Source: Syntrophales bacterium
Lineage (GTDB): Bacteria; Desulfobacterota; Syntrophia; Syntrophales; UBA2210
Direction: 5' to 3'
DNA length: 64,000 bases
NCBI GenBank assembly: GCA_963666365.2
Contig: CAXXNF010000002.1
Span: 2,080,001-2,144,000 of the forward strand
Part shown: one piece after another, positions 1-9,200 of the stretch
Layout: the number at the start of each line of letters is the position of its first letter
How positions within the stretch are numbered: position 1 is the first letter of the stretch
Position numbers and translations under genes: made by a program
The notes under the pieces: model-generated
Database searches by the model: none
Seen by the model: only the letters and a program-made list of their open reading frames with translations
What the model was told of the DNA's origin: nothing

Positions 1-357
1 CATGTCCCGGGAACCAATATGGTTGCCGCCCCCTGGACACCGGCACGTAAGTATGGCGACGAGTCAGGGTATGTCCGGCCGGAATTTATCTGGACGGCGC
101 TGGACTGCCCGGGGGCCTATGCGCTCTGGGAGCTGACTGATAGGAAACCCGGTTTTTTAGGCAGGTTGATCGGCCACATCGAAAGGCCCCTGCGCTGCGA
201 CGAGCCCTCTGTGGTCGCCGCCTGGCCCACCGGGAGCGATGGAAGGAAATTATACACCGGAACGGCCCTGTTCGATGCGAAGGGACAGATCGTCGGCCGA
301 TCGCTGGCGACCTGGTTTCTCATGCCGCCGGAAATGATGCAGTTAATTGCGAGCTGA
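1..357 (+). CDS. Hotdog-fold/thioesterase-like protein, 5' truncated by the window edge
   Basis: Frame is open from base 1 (HVPGTNMVAAPW...); WTALDCPG motif and a C-terminal GRKLYTGTALF...ATWF strand pattern typical of hotdog-fold proteins. Confidence 0.55.
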   Translation, partial: HVPGTNMVAAPWTPARKYGDESGYVRPEFIWTALDCPGAYALWELTDRKPGFLGRLIGHIERPLRCDEPSVVAAWPTGSDGRKLYTGTALFDAKGQIVGRSLATWFLMPPEMMQLIAS

Positions 358-405
358 TGGGTCATGTCGTATACGTGTTATAAGGCTTAGGGAATCCTGT
401 TAACG

Positions 406-536
406 GAGACCGTTGCAGAACCTCATAAAATCAACAATTTCGTCATACCGGCGAAGGCCGCTATCCAGTTTTTCAAGCACTTTCTGGATTCCGGGTCAAG
501 CCTGGAGTGACTGAAAAGGGAACTATGCCAGGTCTC
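406..536. mobile_element. Degenerate MITE/REP-like element with imperfect terminal IRs and an internal palindromic pair
   Basis: Ends GAGACCGTTGCAGAA (406) and CTATGCCAGGTCTC (to 536); internal GTCATACCGGCGAAGGCCGCTATCCAG (442-468) and CTGGATTCCGGGTCAAGCCTGGAGTGAC (484-511). Confidence 0.5.
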
Positions 537-570
537 TAATGGGCTTTCGCCCGTCGAGAAAGGATACATC

Positions 571-2055
571 GTGGAAATCATCCTTGCAGGCGTCAATATC
601 GACTGGAACACATTGAAGGAGCTTGAAAAGGGGAACGCTCCTGTCCAGGACAATAATCTGACCCCGGAAACGATCTCGGCGGCCTATGCACGTATCAGCC
701 GCAATCCCCGTCCTGTGAACGAACTGCGTGAAATCGCCCGGCGGGAGGTTGAAAAGGCCCGAAAGTCCAACCAGTCCATCGTCTTCGATATGGGACACAG
801 TTCCATCGCCGAGCACGCCGTCTTCAATGTGGACATCCTCGGCGTCTCACGCCTGATTGTGGAAGAAATCGAAAAGTTCCGCCTTGCCTCCTATACGGAA
901 AAATCACAGCGCTATATTCGCCTTGAGGACGATTTTGTCATTCCCGAAGAAATCAGGAACTCCGATCTTGAGGATCAGTTCGTTGCAGTCATTCGCGAAC
1001 AGAACGCCCTCTACCACCGTCTCTACAAGGCGCTGCGGGCAAAGGTGTTTGAAATACATAAAGAACTCGCACTCGAAAACGCGAATGCATCCATGCTTGA
1101 GGGGTGGGCAAAAGAGGACGCCCGGTATATTGTGTCGCTGGCGACGGAAACACAGCTGGGAATGACGGCGAATGCGCGCACGCTGGAACTGATGCTGCGG
1201 CGCATGGCATCACACCCGCTTCACGAGGTTAACGAATTCGGCATAAGACTTTACGATGCCATAAAGACTGTCGCCCCCTCGCTGATCCGCTATACCGAGG
1301 CGACGGCCTTCGACCGCGACACACGATCCGATCTTACGCATGCGGCACGTCATATAATGGAAACGCACCGTCAAAAGGCCGCCCCACCGGAAATGGCGCC
1401 GGGCGCAGATGAATCCGTCGCGCTCATCGATGCAACGCCGGACGGCGATGAACGCATTGTCGGGTCTCTTCTTCATTCCGCATCACATTGTTCCCTTGCA
1501 GAATGTCGCCGCCTTACCGGAATGTTGACGCCCGAAGAAAAGGAAGCGATCGTCAAAACCGCCTGTCGGCGCATGGCCTCTTATGATGCCCCGCTGCGGG
1601 AATTCGAGGCAGCGGATCTGACCTTTGAGGCGACCATCAGTGCCTCCTGTTTCGCCCAGATGAAGCGCCATCGCATGGCTACCATTATAAGCCAACACTA
1701 CGATCCCGACCTTGGCGTGACGCTCCCCCCCATGATTCGCGAGGCGGGAATGGAGAAACCTTTCATGGAGGTGATCGCCCGTACCGAGGTGCTGTATCGT
1801 CGAATTGTCCGCCACTCTCCCCAGGCGGCGCCCTATATTCTCACAAACGCCCACCGGAAACGGGTGCTTATCAAGGTCAACGTCAGAGAACTCTACCACA
1901 TATCCCGGCTGCGGGAAGACAGCCACGCCCAGTGGGATATCAGAGAAACGGCGGAAAAGATGGTGCGTCTGGGGAAATCTGCAATGCCCGTTGCCCTCGC
2001 GTTCGCCTGCGGGAAGGATGTCTTTGCAAACATTCAAGAAGAGATGCTTTCCTGA
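571..2055 (+). CDS. thyX: FAD-dependent thymidylate synthase, tandem two-domain form
   Basis: GHSSIAEH, FRLASYTEKSQRY, DARY in the N-domain; KRHRMAT and HAQWDIR in the C-domain; 494 aa; GTG start. Confidence 0.9.
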   Translation: MEIILAGVNIDWNTLKELEKGNAPVQDNNLTPETISAAYARISRNPRPVNELREIARREVEKARKSNQSIVFDMGHSSIAEHAVFNVDILGVSRLIVEEIEKFRLASYTEKSQRYIRLEDDFVIPEEIRNSDLEDQFVAVIREQNALYHRLYKALRAKVFEIHKELALENANASMLEGWAKEDARYIVSLATETQLGMTANARTLELMLRRMASHPLHEVNEFGIRLYDAIKTVAPSLIRYTEATAFDRDTRSDLTHAARHIMETHRQKAAPPEMAPGADESVALIDATPDGDERIVGSLLHSASHCSLAECRRLTGMLTPEEKEAIVKTACRRMASYDAPLREFEAADLTFEATISASCFAQMKRHRMATIISQHYDPDLGVTLPPMIREAGMEKPFMEVIARTEVLYRRIVRHSPQAAPYILTNAHRKRVLIKVNVRELYHISRLREDSHAQWDIRETAEKMVRLGKSAMPVALAFACGKDVFANIQEEMLS

Positions 2056-2068
2056 AAAAAATCGTCCT

Positions 2069-3346
2069 ATGGTTCAATATAACTGGCTGCTTAACGCATT
2101 TCTGATATTTTTTCTCGCTGCCGCGAGCGTTCGGCTCCTCCTATCATGGCTCAATCTCAAAAATCTGAAAACAAAGGGACATCATGTACCCCACCACATG
2201 GCCGGCGAGATCGACGAGGCAACCCTGGCGCGAATGACCGAATATACGGTGGATTCCTCCCGTTTTGGCATCGTGGGCTCGCTTTTTGACGACGGACTTT
2301 TGCTTTTCATACTTTTAAGCGGCATTCTTCCATGGTACGGGAACATCATATGGGCACTCGATTTTCCTTTCATTATTACCTCGATTCTCTTTCTCGCCGG
2401 CTATGGGGCGGTGGAGTGGATCTTCGGAATCCCTTTCGATCTCTACCGAACCTTTGTCATCGAAAAAAAACATGGTTTCAGCACGATTACACTCACACTC
2501 TGGATCGCAGACCTGCTCAAGGGCATGGTGATTTCTATCGTTCTTCTGGGAATTCTTCTCTCAGCCTTCTTTGCCCTCATGAAAGGCGCACCCCGCACCT
2601 GGTGGTTCTGGTCCTGGCTGCTCTTCGCATCGTTCCAACTCGTGGTGCTCTGGCTGTATCCCGTCCTGATCGCCCCACTCTTCAACACATACAAGCCGGT
2701 GGCAGACGAAGCCCTGCGCGATAAAATCATCGCCCTCATGGCAAAGGCAGGACTTGCCACAAAGGCGGTACTTCAGGTCGATGAAGGAAAGCGGAGCCGT
2801 CACTCCAACGCCTATTTCACCGGCCTGGGCAAAACAAAACGCATCGTCCTCTATGACACCCTCCTCTCGTCGCACGACGAGAACGAGATTCTTGCGGTCC
2901 TGGCTCACGAAATCGGCCACTGGAAAAAACGGCATATCATGAAGCAGCTTCTGTTCATGGAAACGGCTTCTCTTATCCTGTTCTATCTCGTCTACCGCAT
3001 CATTGAGTGGCCTTTTCTCTACCGGACTTTCGGCTTCGACCAGACCCTCCCCTATGCGGGGCTCATTCTTTTGTCGGCCTTGGCCGCACCGCCGGCCTTT
3101 TTTCTTTCTCCCCTCCTTTCTTTCATTTCCAGAAAATATGAACGCGAAGCCGACGAATACTCGAATTTTCTTATGGGATCGACAAGGGCGCTTATCAGCA
3201 CAATGAAAGGGCTTGCAAAGGATAATCTCAGTAATCTCCACCCACACCCACTGTACGCCTGGTTTTATTACTCCCATCCTCCCCTGACGGACCGGATCGC
3301 CTCTCTTGAAGCCATGGACGGCAGTCATGCACGTAGAGAACAATAA
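2069..3346 (+). CDS. M48 family zinc metalloprotease (Ste24/CAAX prenyl protease-like)
   Basis: HEIGH (HEXXH), NAYFTGLG..KRIVLYDTL, EREAD, YSHPP, multiple TM helices; start set to ATG 2069. Confidence 0.92.
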   Translation: MVQYNWLLNAFLIFFLAAASVRLLLSWLNLKNLKTKGHHVPHHMAGEIDEATLARMTEYTVDSSRFGIVGSLFDDGLLLFILLSGILPWYGNIIWALDFPFIITSILFLAGYGAVEWIFGIPFDLYRTFVIEKKHGFSTITLTLWIADLLKGMVISIVLLGILLSAFFALMKGAPRTWWFWSWLLFASFQLVVLWLYPVLIAPLFNTYKPVADEALRDKIIALMAKAGLATKAVLQVDEGKRSRHSNAYFTGLGKTKRIVLYDTLLSSHDENEILAVLAHEIGHWKKRHIMKQLLFMETASLILFYLVYRIIEWPFLYRTFGFDQTLPYAGLILLSALAAPPAFFLSPLLSFISRKYEREADEYSNFLMGSTRALISTMKGLAKDNLSNLHPHPLYAWFYYSHPPLTDRIASLEAMDGSHARREQ

Positions 3347-3477
3347 AAACTGCTGTTCACCCGGCAAGAAGGAATTGATTTTATTGTCGCAAATGGTATA
3401 GAAGGAAGTCCAGGATTCAAGGTCTCCAGAAAGAAGAAACACTTGACCCTTGATAAAATGTTTTTAGAGGTAGTCCC

Positions 3478-3969
3478 ATGCCTATTTACGAGTTTTATTG
3501 CACTCGATGCAATACCGTCTACAATTTTTTTTCCAAGACGGTAAATACGGAAAAAATCCCTTTTTGCCCGCGCTGCAAGGAAGTGATCCTCGAACGTCAG
3601 ATGTCGATTTTCTCCACCATATCTGCAGACCGTCAGGAATCGGAGGATGACGATCTTCCGCCCATCGACGATGCGCGCATGGAAAAAGCCATGGAAATAC
3701 TGGCACGAGAGGCCGATCACATCGATGAGAACGACCCCCGCCAGGCCGCTCGGATGATGCGACGACTCGCCGAATCTACGGGACTCAATCTCAACGATGA
3801 GATGGAAGAGGCCCTGAGCCGTATGGAGCGAGGAGATGATCCGGAAAAGATAGAAGAAGAAATGGGCGATGTCTTCGGTGATGAGATCCCCTTTTCCTTC
3901 GATACGAAGACAAAGGGCAAATCGATAAAAAAGAAGCCCCGGATCGACGAGACGCTTTACGATCTGTAA
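3478..3969 (+). CDS. FmdB-family zinc-ribbon protein with an acidic helical extension
   Basis: MPIYEFYCTRC...CPRC signature; RBS GAGG. Confidence 0.85.
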   Translation: MPIYEFYCTRCNTVYNFFSKTVNTEKIPFCPRCKEVILERQMSIFSTISADRQESEDDDLPPIDDARMEKAMEILAREADHIDENDPRQAARMMRRLAESTGLNLNDEMEEALSRMERGDDPEKIEEEMGDVFGDEIPFSFDTKTKGKSIKKKPRIDETLYDL

Positions 3970-4018
3970 GGTAATTTCTTTTTACTGCATGCCTCAAAAG
4001 GCGTGAGATGGGAAATCC

Positions 4019-4804
4019 ATGAAACGTAACCTGCGGACCATAGTAACAATTCTTTTTTTAATCGCCATGCTGGCCGGGTGTGCATCGGTTCCTCACAATT
4101 CACTTATGCAGGTTTCTACCATCGGCGCCCTCCTCGACGGCGATTACACCGGCCACATAACCTGCGGGGAGCTTCTTGAATCGGGCGACTTCGGCCTGGG
4201 CACCTTCGAAAAACTTGATGGCGAAATGGTCGTTCTTGACGGCGTGGTCTATCAGATCAAGGCTGACGGCCGGGTCTACCGTCCGGACAAAGACGTCACG
4301 ACTCCCTTTGCCGTGGTTACTCCCTTTCAGACCGATCATGTGATCGGCCTCTCCAAAACAACCGACTATGCCGGGATACAAAAAATCATTGACTGTGAAT
4401 CGCCCGATAAGGGAATATTTCTCGCCGTCAAAATAACGGGTCGCTTTCCTTTCATGAAAACCCGCAGCGTTCCCGCCCAGGTACACCCCTATCCCCGCCT
4501 GGTGGAGGTGGTAAAGCACCAGTCCATCTTTGAGTTGAAAGACGTTTCAGGAACCGTCGTGGGCTTCCGGTCGCCCCCGTATGTTAAGGGAGGAATCAAT
4601 GTGCCCGGATACCATCTTCACTTTTTATCCGACGACAAAACCGCAGGGGGGCATATTCTGGAGTTTGAAATCACCGAAGGCACAATCGAACTTGATTACT
4701 GCAATCGCTTTACCATGGTAATCCCCGAGGGCGCCCTGGTGGAAGGTCGCCCCGGTTCCTCCGGCATGAGAGGCTCAGACGAACTCGAAAAAGTCGAAAA
4801 ATAG
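4019..4804 (+). CDS. budA: Alpha-acetolactate decarboxylase with a predicted lipoprotein signal
   Basis: QVSTIGALL.G.Y, GDFGLGTF..LDGEM, GYHLHF...GGH zinc ligands; N-terminal lipobox LAGC. Confidence 0.9.
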   Translation: MKRNLRTIVTILFLIAMLAGCASVPHNSLMQVSTIGALLDGDYTGHITCGELLESGDFGLGTFEKLDGEMVVLDGVVYQIKADGRVYRPDKDVTTPFAVVTPFQTDHVIGLSKTTDYAGIQKIIDCESPDKGIFLAVKITGRFPFMKTRSVPAQVHPYPRLVEVVKHQSIFELKDVSGTVVGFRSPPYVKGGINVPGYHLHFLSDDKTAGGHILEFEITEGTIELDYCNRFTMVIPEGALVEGRPGSSGMRGSDELEKVEK

Positions 4805-4805
4805 A

Positions 4806-4914
4806 AAAATAGGGACACTTCCCTATTTAATGAAAAGCGTTAAGAACGCTTTGACACAACGATCTCAACGTTACTAACGATCCTAACGTTTAAATAGGGA
4901 AGTGTCCCTATTTT
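4806..4914. repeat. 25-bp perfect inverted repeat (REP-like doublet) enclosing a hairpin and 9-bp tandem repeats
   Basis: AAAATAGGGACACTTCCCTATTTAA (4806-4830) and its reverse complement at 4890-4914. Confidence 0.85.
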
Positions 4915-4932
4915 ATTCCACATTTAACAATA

Positions 4933-4961
4933 CTGTCACGAAGTTGTCATCATACTGTCAC
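4933..4961 (+). promoter_or_regulatory. Pho box (three PhoB half-sites)
   Basis: CTGTCAC (4933), TTGTCAT (4944), CTGTCAC (4955) at exact 11-bp spacing upstream of pstS. Confidence 0.85.
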
Positions 4962-5009
4962 ACAGAAGGTGTAGGGTTGCAGACATAAAAAATCCTCGGA
5001 GGGTTTACC

Positions 5010-5837
5010 ATGAAAGCAACAGCAAAAGTATTGTTAACCGGTTTCGTCCTTTTACTGGTCTGCGCCTTCGGCACGACCGTCATGGCCGAAACCAAAACCA
5101 TCGTCATCAAGGGATCGACCACGGTGCTCCCTGTCGCACAGGCAGCGGCGGAGGCATACATGGCGGAGCACAGGGATGTGAACGTTTCCATCTCCGGCGG
5201 CGGCTCCGGCAACGGCATCAAGGCGCTTATCGATAAATCGACGGATATCGCCAATTCATCCCGCTTCATTAAGGACAAAGAAGTCAAGATGGCCGTTGAA
5301 AAGGGCGCCTACCCGGTCCCGCATCGTGTCGCCATCGATGCCATCGTACCGATCGTCCATCCTGAAAATCCCGTAAAAGATCTCACTATCGAACAGCTCA
5401 GCCTTATCTACCAGGGGAAAATAACCAACTGGAAGGAAGTGGGCGGTAATGACAAGAAGATCGTGGTCGTTTCCCGCGATACCAGCTCGGGCACCTATGA
5501 GGTCTGGGAGGAACTGGTCCTTCACAAAGCAAAAGTAACACCGAAGGCTCAGCTTCAGGCATCGAACGGCGCCGTTCATCAGGCGGTTTCAAAAAATTCT
5601 TATGCCATCGGATACATCGGTTTCGGCTATCTGAATAGCGAAGTCAAAGCGGTAAATGTCAACGGAATAATTCCTTCAATGGAGACCGCGCTTTCCGGCG
5701 ACTATGCTGTTGCCCGACCGCTGTTTATGTTCACCGCGGGCTGGCCTTCCGGCGCCACCATGGACTTCATCAACTTCCTTTTGAGCCCTAAGGGACAGGA
5801 AGTGGTAAAAAAAGAGGGGTTCATTCCGCTGTACTAG
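5010..5837 (+). CDS. pstS: Phosphate ABC transporter substrate-binding protein
   Basis: Signal peptide, GSTTV, GGGSGNG, SRDTSSGT; RBS GGAGG. Confidence 0.95.
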   Translation: MKATAKVLLTGFVLLLVCAFGTTVMAETKTIVIKGSTTVLPVAQAAAEAYMAEHRDVNVSISGGGSGNGIKALIDKSTDIANSSRFIKDKEVKMAVEKGAYPVPHRVAIDAIVPIVHPENPVKDLTIEQLSLIYQGKITNWKEVGGNDKKIVVVSRDTSSGTYEVWEELVLHKAKVTPKAQLQASNGAVHQAVSKNSYAIGYIGFGYLNSEVKAVNVNGIIPSMETALSGDYAVARPLFMFTAGWPSGATMDFINFLLSPKGQEVVKKEGFIPLY

Positions 5838-5888
5838 AAGCATTGGCATGGGTTCCAAAAAAACCCTTTTTCATTATTTCATAATCAG

Positions 5889-5917
5889 CCGGGAAGCGGG
5901 ATCAAACCGCTTTCCGG
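5889..5917 (+). terminator. Stem-loop between pstS and pstC (mRNA stabiliser or partial terminator)
   Basis: CCGGGAAGCGG-gatcaaa-CCGCTTTCCGG. Confidence 0.45.
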
Positions 5918-5926
5918 TGGAGTAAC

Positions 5927-6832
5927 TTGTATTCGAATACTGCCATGTCGCGTGCACTCAAAGAAAATATTATAAAAAATGTCCTTTTTCTTTTTGCCCT
6001 GGTTTCAATCGTCGTACTTGCTCTTATCATCATTTTTCTCTTCATGGAAGGGGTCCCCATTTTCGGAGTTGTGTCGTTAAAAGGTTTTCTCTTCGGCATC
6101 GAATGGTATCCTACCTACGACCCCCCCGAATTCGGCATATGGCCGCTTATCGTAGGTTCCATAATCGTTACCCTCTTTTCGGCCCTGATTGCAGTGCCGC
6201 TGGGAGTGCTCTCCGCCATCTATATCGCCGAACTGGCTCCGCCTCTTGTGAAAGAAATCTTCAAGCCGGTCATCGAGCTGCTTGCCGGCCTTCCTTCGGT
6301 GGTGCTCGGTTTTTTCGGCATGGCCATCCTGGCCCCCTGGCTTCAGCAGACATTCGACCTTCCCACGGGGCTCAATATTCTCAACGCCTCGTTAATTCTG
6401 GCATTGATGGCAGTCCCCACCATTTCAAGCATCGCGGAAGACGCGCTCTATTCAGTGCCGCAGGAATTCAAGGAGGCCTCCTACGCCCTGGGGGCCACCC
6501 CCTTTGAAACAATCACCAGGGTAGTGGTACCGGCGGCATTGTCGGGCATCTCCACCGCGGTGATTCTCGGGATGGCCCGGGCCATCGGAGAGACAATGGT
6601 GGTCCTGATGGTAGCGGGGGGGGCAGCGGCGATCCCGGAAAGCATATTCGATTCCGTGCGGCCTATGCCGGCAAGCATCGCCGCGGAAATGGGCGAGGCG
6701 CCCTTCCGAAGCGATCACTACCACGCCCTGTTCGCGACGGGAATCGTGCTTTTTTTCATGACCCTGGGCTTTAACCTGGTTGCAGATTACATATCCCATA
6801 AATTCAAAGAGGTAGGTTCCGCAACGCTATGA
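5927..6832 (+). CDS. pstC: Phosphate ABC transporter permease
   Basis: ELLAGLPSVV, EASYALGAT, RAIGETM; alternative start ATG 5945. Confidence 0.95.
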   Translation: MYSNTAMSRALKENIIKNVLFLFALVSIVVLALIIIFLFMEGVPIFGVVSLKGFLFGIEWYPTYDPPEFGIWPLIVGSIIVTLFSALIAVPLGVLSAIYIAELAPPLVKEIFKPVIELLAGLPSVVLGFFGMAILAPWLQQTFDLPTGLNILNASLILALMAVPTISSIAEDALYSVPQEFKEASYALGATPFETITRVVVPAALSGISTAVILGMARAIGETMVVLMVAGGAAAIPESIFDSVRPMPASIAAEMGEAPFRSDHYHALFATGIVLFFMTLGFNLVADYISHKFKEVGSATL

Positions 6833-7683
6833 AATGGCGATATTTCAGACAAACGCTTTTTTTTATCATTGTACGCACATCGGCCTTTTTGATTGCATTA
6901 TCGATCGGCACCTTCCTCGTCTACATTGTTGTAAAGGGAATCGGGGCCGTCAGCTGGGAATTCCTGACGGAAAAACCCCACGATTCCATGACGAAGGGGG
7001 GAATCATGCCGGCCATTCTCGGCACGTTTTATCTGACAGCGGGCGCGATTCTGATATCTCTTCCCCTGGGTGTTATTTCGGCAATTTATCTTACCGAATA
7101 CGCAAAGCAGGGCCCAATGGTAAGAATCATTCGCATCGGCATACACTGCCTTGCAGGCGTTCCTTCCATTGTATTCGGTCTTTTCGGTCTCGGTCTTTTC
7201 GTGGTCTTTCTGAAATTCGGGTCATGTATTCTATCAGGAGCACTGACACTGGGTTTTCTGATCCTGCCGACCATCATCGGGGCCTCGGAGGAGGCGCTGA
7301 AGTCGGTGCCGCAAACATTTCGGGAAGCGTCGCTGGGTCTGGGCGCATCGAAATGGCAGACGACACTGCGGATTGTCCTTCCCAACGCACTGCCGGGCAT
7401 TATGACCGGTTCGATTCTGGGAATCGGCAGAGCCGCCGGAGAAACTGCGGCGATCATGTTCACGGCGGCGGCCTTTTTCACGGCAAAGCTCCCTTCGTCA
7501 ATATTTGACGAGGTAATGGCCCTTCCTTATCATATTTACGTACTGGCCACAGCGGGAACCCACATCGAAGAAACGAGACCCCTTCAATTTGGCACGATCC
7601 TCGTATTAGTGGCGCTCGTGCTGGGGGTTGATTTAATCGCCATAATTATGAGAAGTTACATGAGAAAGAAAAAACGGTGGTAA
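6829..7683 (+). CDS. pstA: Phosphate ABC transporter permease
   Basis: [33 protein letters not shown] overlap with pstC. Confidence 0.95.
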   Translation: MKWRYFRQTLFFIIVRTSAFLIALSIGTFLVYIVVKGIGAVSWEFLTEKPHDSMTKGGIMPAILGTFYLTAGAILISLPLGVISAIYLTEYAKQGPMVRIIRIGIHCLAGVPSIVFGLFGLGLFVVFLKFGSCILSGALTLGFLILPTIIGASEEALKSVPQTFREASLGLGASKWQTTLRIVLPNALPGIMTGSILGIGRAAGETAAIMFTAAAFFTAKLPSSIFDEVMALPYHIYVLATAGTHIEETRPLQFGTILVLVALVLGVDLIAIIMRSYMRKKKRW

Positions 7684-7685
7684 TC

Positions 7686-8453
7686 ATGACTGCGCTCAAC
7701 GACATTATCATTGCGGCAAAAAACGTAAATTTTTATTACGGGAGCTTCAAAGCCCTGGTTGACGTCACCATGGATTTTGAGAAACACAAGGTGACCGCCC
7801 TCATCGGCCCTTCCGGATGCGGCAAGTCGACACTCTTGCGCTTGATCAATCGAATGAACGACCTCATCGACGGCACCCGTGTCGAGGGAGAGGTGATATT
7901 CGAGGGTGCAAATATTTACGCGCCCAATGTCGATCCCGTCGATGTCAGAAGAAGAATCGGCATGGTCTTTCAGAAGCCGAACCCATTCCCAAAATCGATA
8001 TTGAACAATATCACTTACGGGCCGAAACTGAATGGCATTTCAAAAAAATCAGATCTTGAAGCGCTGGTGGAAAAAAGCCTGGTGCAGGCGTCTCTCTGGA
8101 ATGAAGTAAAAGACATTCTGCATCAATCGGCCATGATGCTGTCGGGCGGCCAGCAGCAGCGTCTCTGCATCGCCCGGGCACTGGCCATGAAGCCGGATGT
8201 GCTTCTGATGGACGAGCCCACCTCGGCCCTCGATCCGATTTCAACTGCCAAAATCGAAGAACTGATAGAAGAACTGAAAAAAAACTACACCATCATCATC
8301 GTCACCCATAACATGCAACAGGCAGCGCGCATTTCAGATTACACGGGGTTCTTCTATCTGGGAAAGCTCATCGAATTCAATCAGACGGATCGACTTTTCA
8401 CTACACCCGATGTCAAGCAAACGGAAGATTATATTACCGGACGGTTCGGTTAA
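7686..8453 (+). CDS. pstB: Phosphate ABC transporter ATPase
   Basis: [39 protein letters not shown]. Confidence 0.97.
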   Translation: MTALNDIIIAAKNVNFYYGSFKALVDVTMDFEKHKVTALIGPSGCGKSTLLRLINRMNDLIDGTRVEGEVIFEGANIYAPNVDPVDVRRRIGMVFQKPNPFPKSILNNITYGPKLNGISKKSDLEALVEKSLVQASLWNEVKDILHQSAMMLSGGQQQRLCIARALAMKPDVLLMDEPTSALDPISTAKIEELIEELKKNYTIIIVTHNMQQAARISDYTGFFYLGKLIEFNQTDRLFTTPDVKQTEDYITGRFG

Positions 8454-8467
8454 GAAGGGGGGAATCA

Positions 8468-9154
8468 ATGGAAACAAAAATTCATACCAGCTCGCAATAT
8501 GAAAAGGAACTAAAAGAAGTTAAGGAAAATCTCGTCTATATGGGCGCCCTTGCAGAAAAGGCCATTCGTGAAGCCACACGATCGCTTGTGGAACGAGACT
8601 CGGATCTCGCGAGGGAAGTAATTGGCGCGGACAGGGAAATCGACGATATCGACGAGGAAATCGAGGAAAAGTGCATACGGCTTCTGGCACTTCGGCAACC
8701 CACGGCCAGGGATCTACGGTTCATTACCGCCGCCATAAAAATAAACGGCCACCTGGAGCGCATCGGCGACATGGCGGCAAAAATATCCGAAAAGGCACTT
8801 GCGCTCAACGAGGAGCCGCAGTTGAAACCGTACATCGACCTTCCCCGCATGGCCGAGATTGCCGAAGATATGATACGAAAAAGCCTTGACGCGCTTATCA
8901 ACGAAGACAGCGACCTGGCGCATCAGGTTCGCATTGAAGACGAAAAGGTGGATAATCTTAATGAACAGATATTCCGGGAACTGCTTACCTTTATGATGGA
9001 GGATCCCCGCACCACCCACCGGGCGATTTTGATCACACAGGTATCCAAGAGCCTTGAGCGGATCTCCGATCATGCCAGAAGCATCGCCGACACGGTCATA
9101 TACATGATCACGGGAAAAAATGTACGGCATACCGACTCAGACCGGGCGATTTAA
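8468..9154 (+). CDS. phoU: Phosphate transport regulatory protein PhoU
   Basis: QPTARDLR, LERIGD, LERISDHA. Confidence 0.96.
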   Translation: METKIHTSSQYEKELKEVKENLVYMGALAEKAIREATRSLVERDSDLAREVIGADREIDDIDEEIEEKCIRLLALRQPTARDLRFITAAIKINGHLERIGDMAAKISEKALALNEEPQLKPYIDLPRMAEIAEDMIRKSLDALINEDSDLAHQVRIEDEKVDNLNEQIFRELLTFMMEDPRTTHRAILITQVSKSLERISDHARSIADTVIYMITGKNVRHTDSDRAI

Positions 9155-9200
9155 GGACAGAGAATATGACCATATCGTCCCTTCGTCGAGGTATACACAC

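Noticed and set aside
1805..2068. N-terminal extension of the M48 protease ORF
   Set aside because: Overlaps thyX in another frame; the hydrophobic M48 N-terminus begins at ATG 2069
4806..4914. Possible mini-CRISPR
   Set aside because: The repeats are inverted, not direct; there are no spacers of regular length and no cas genes
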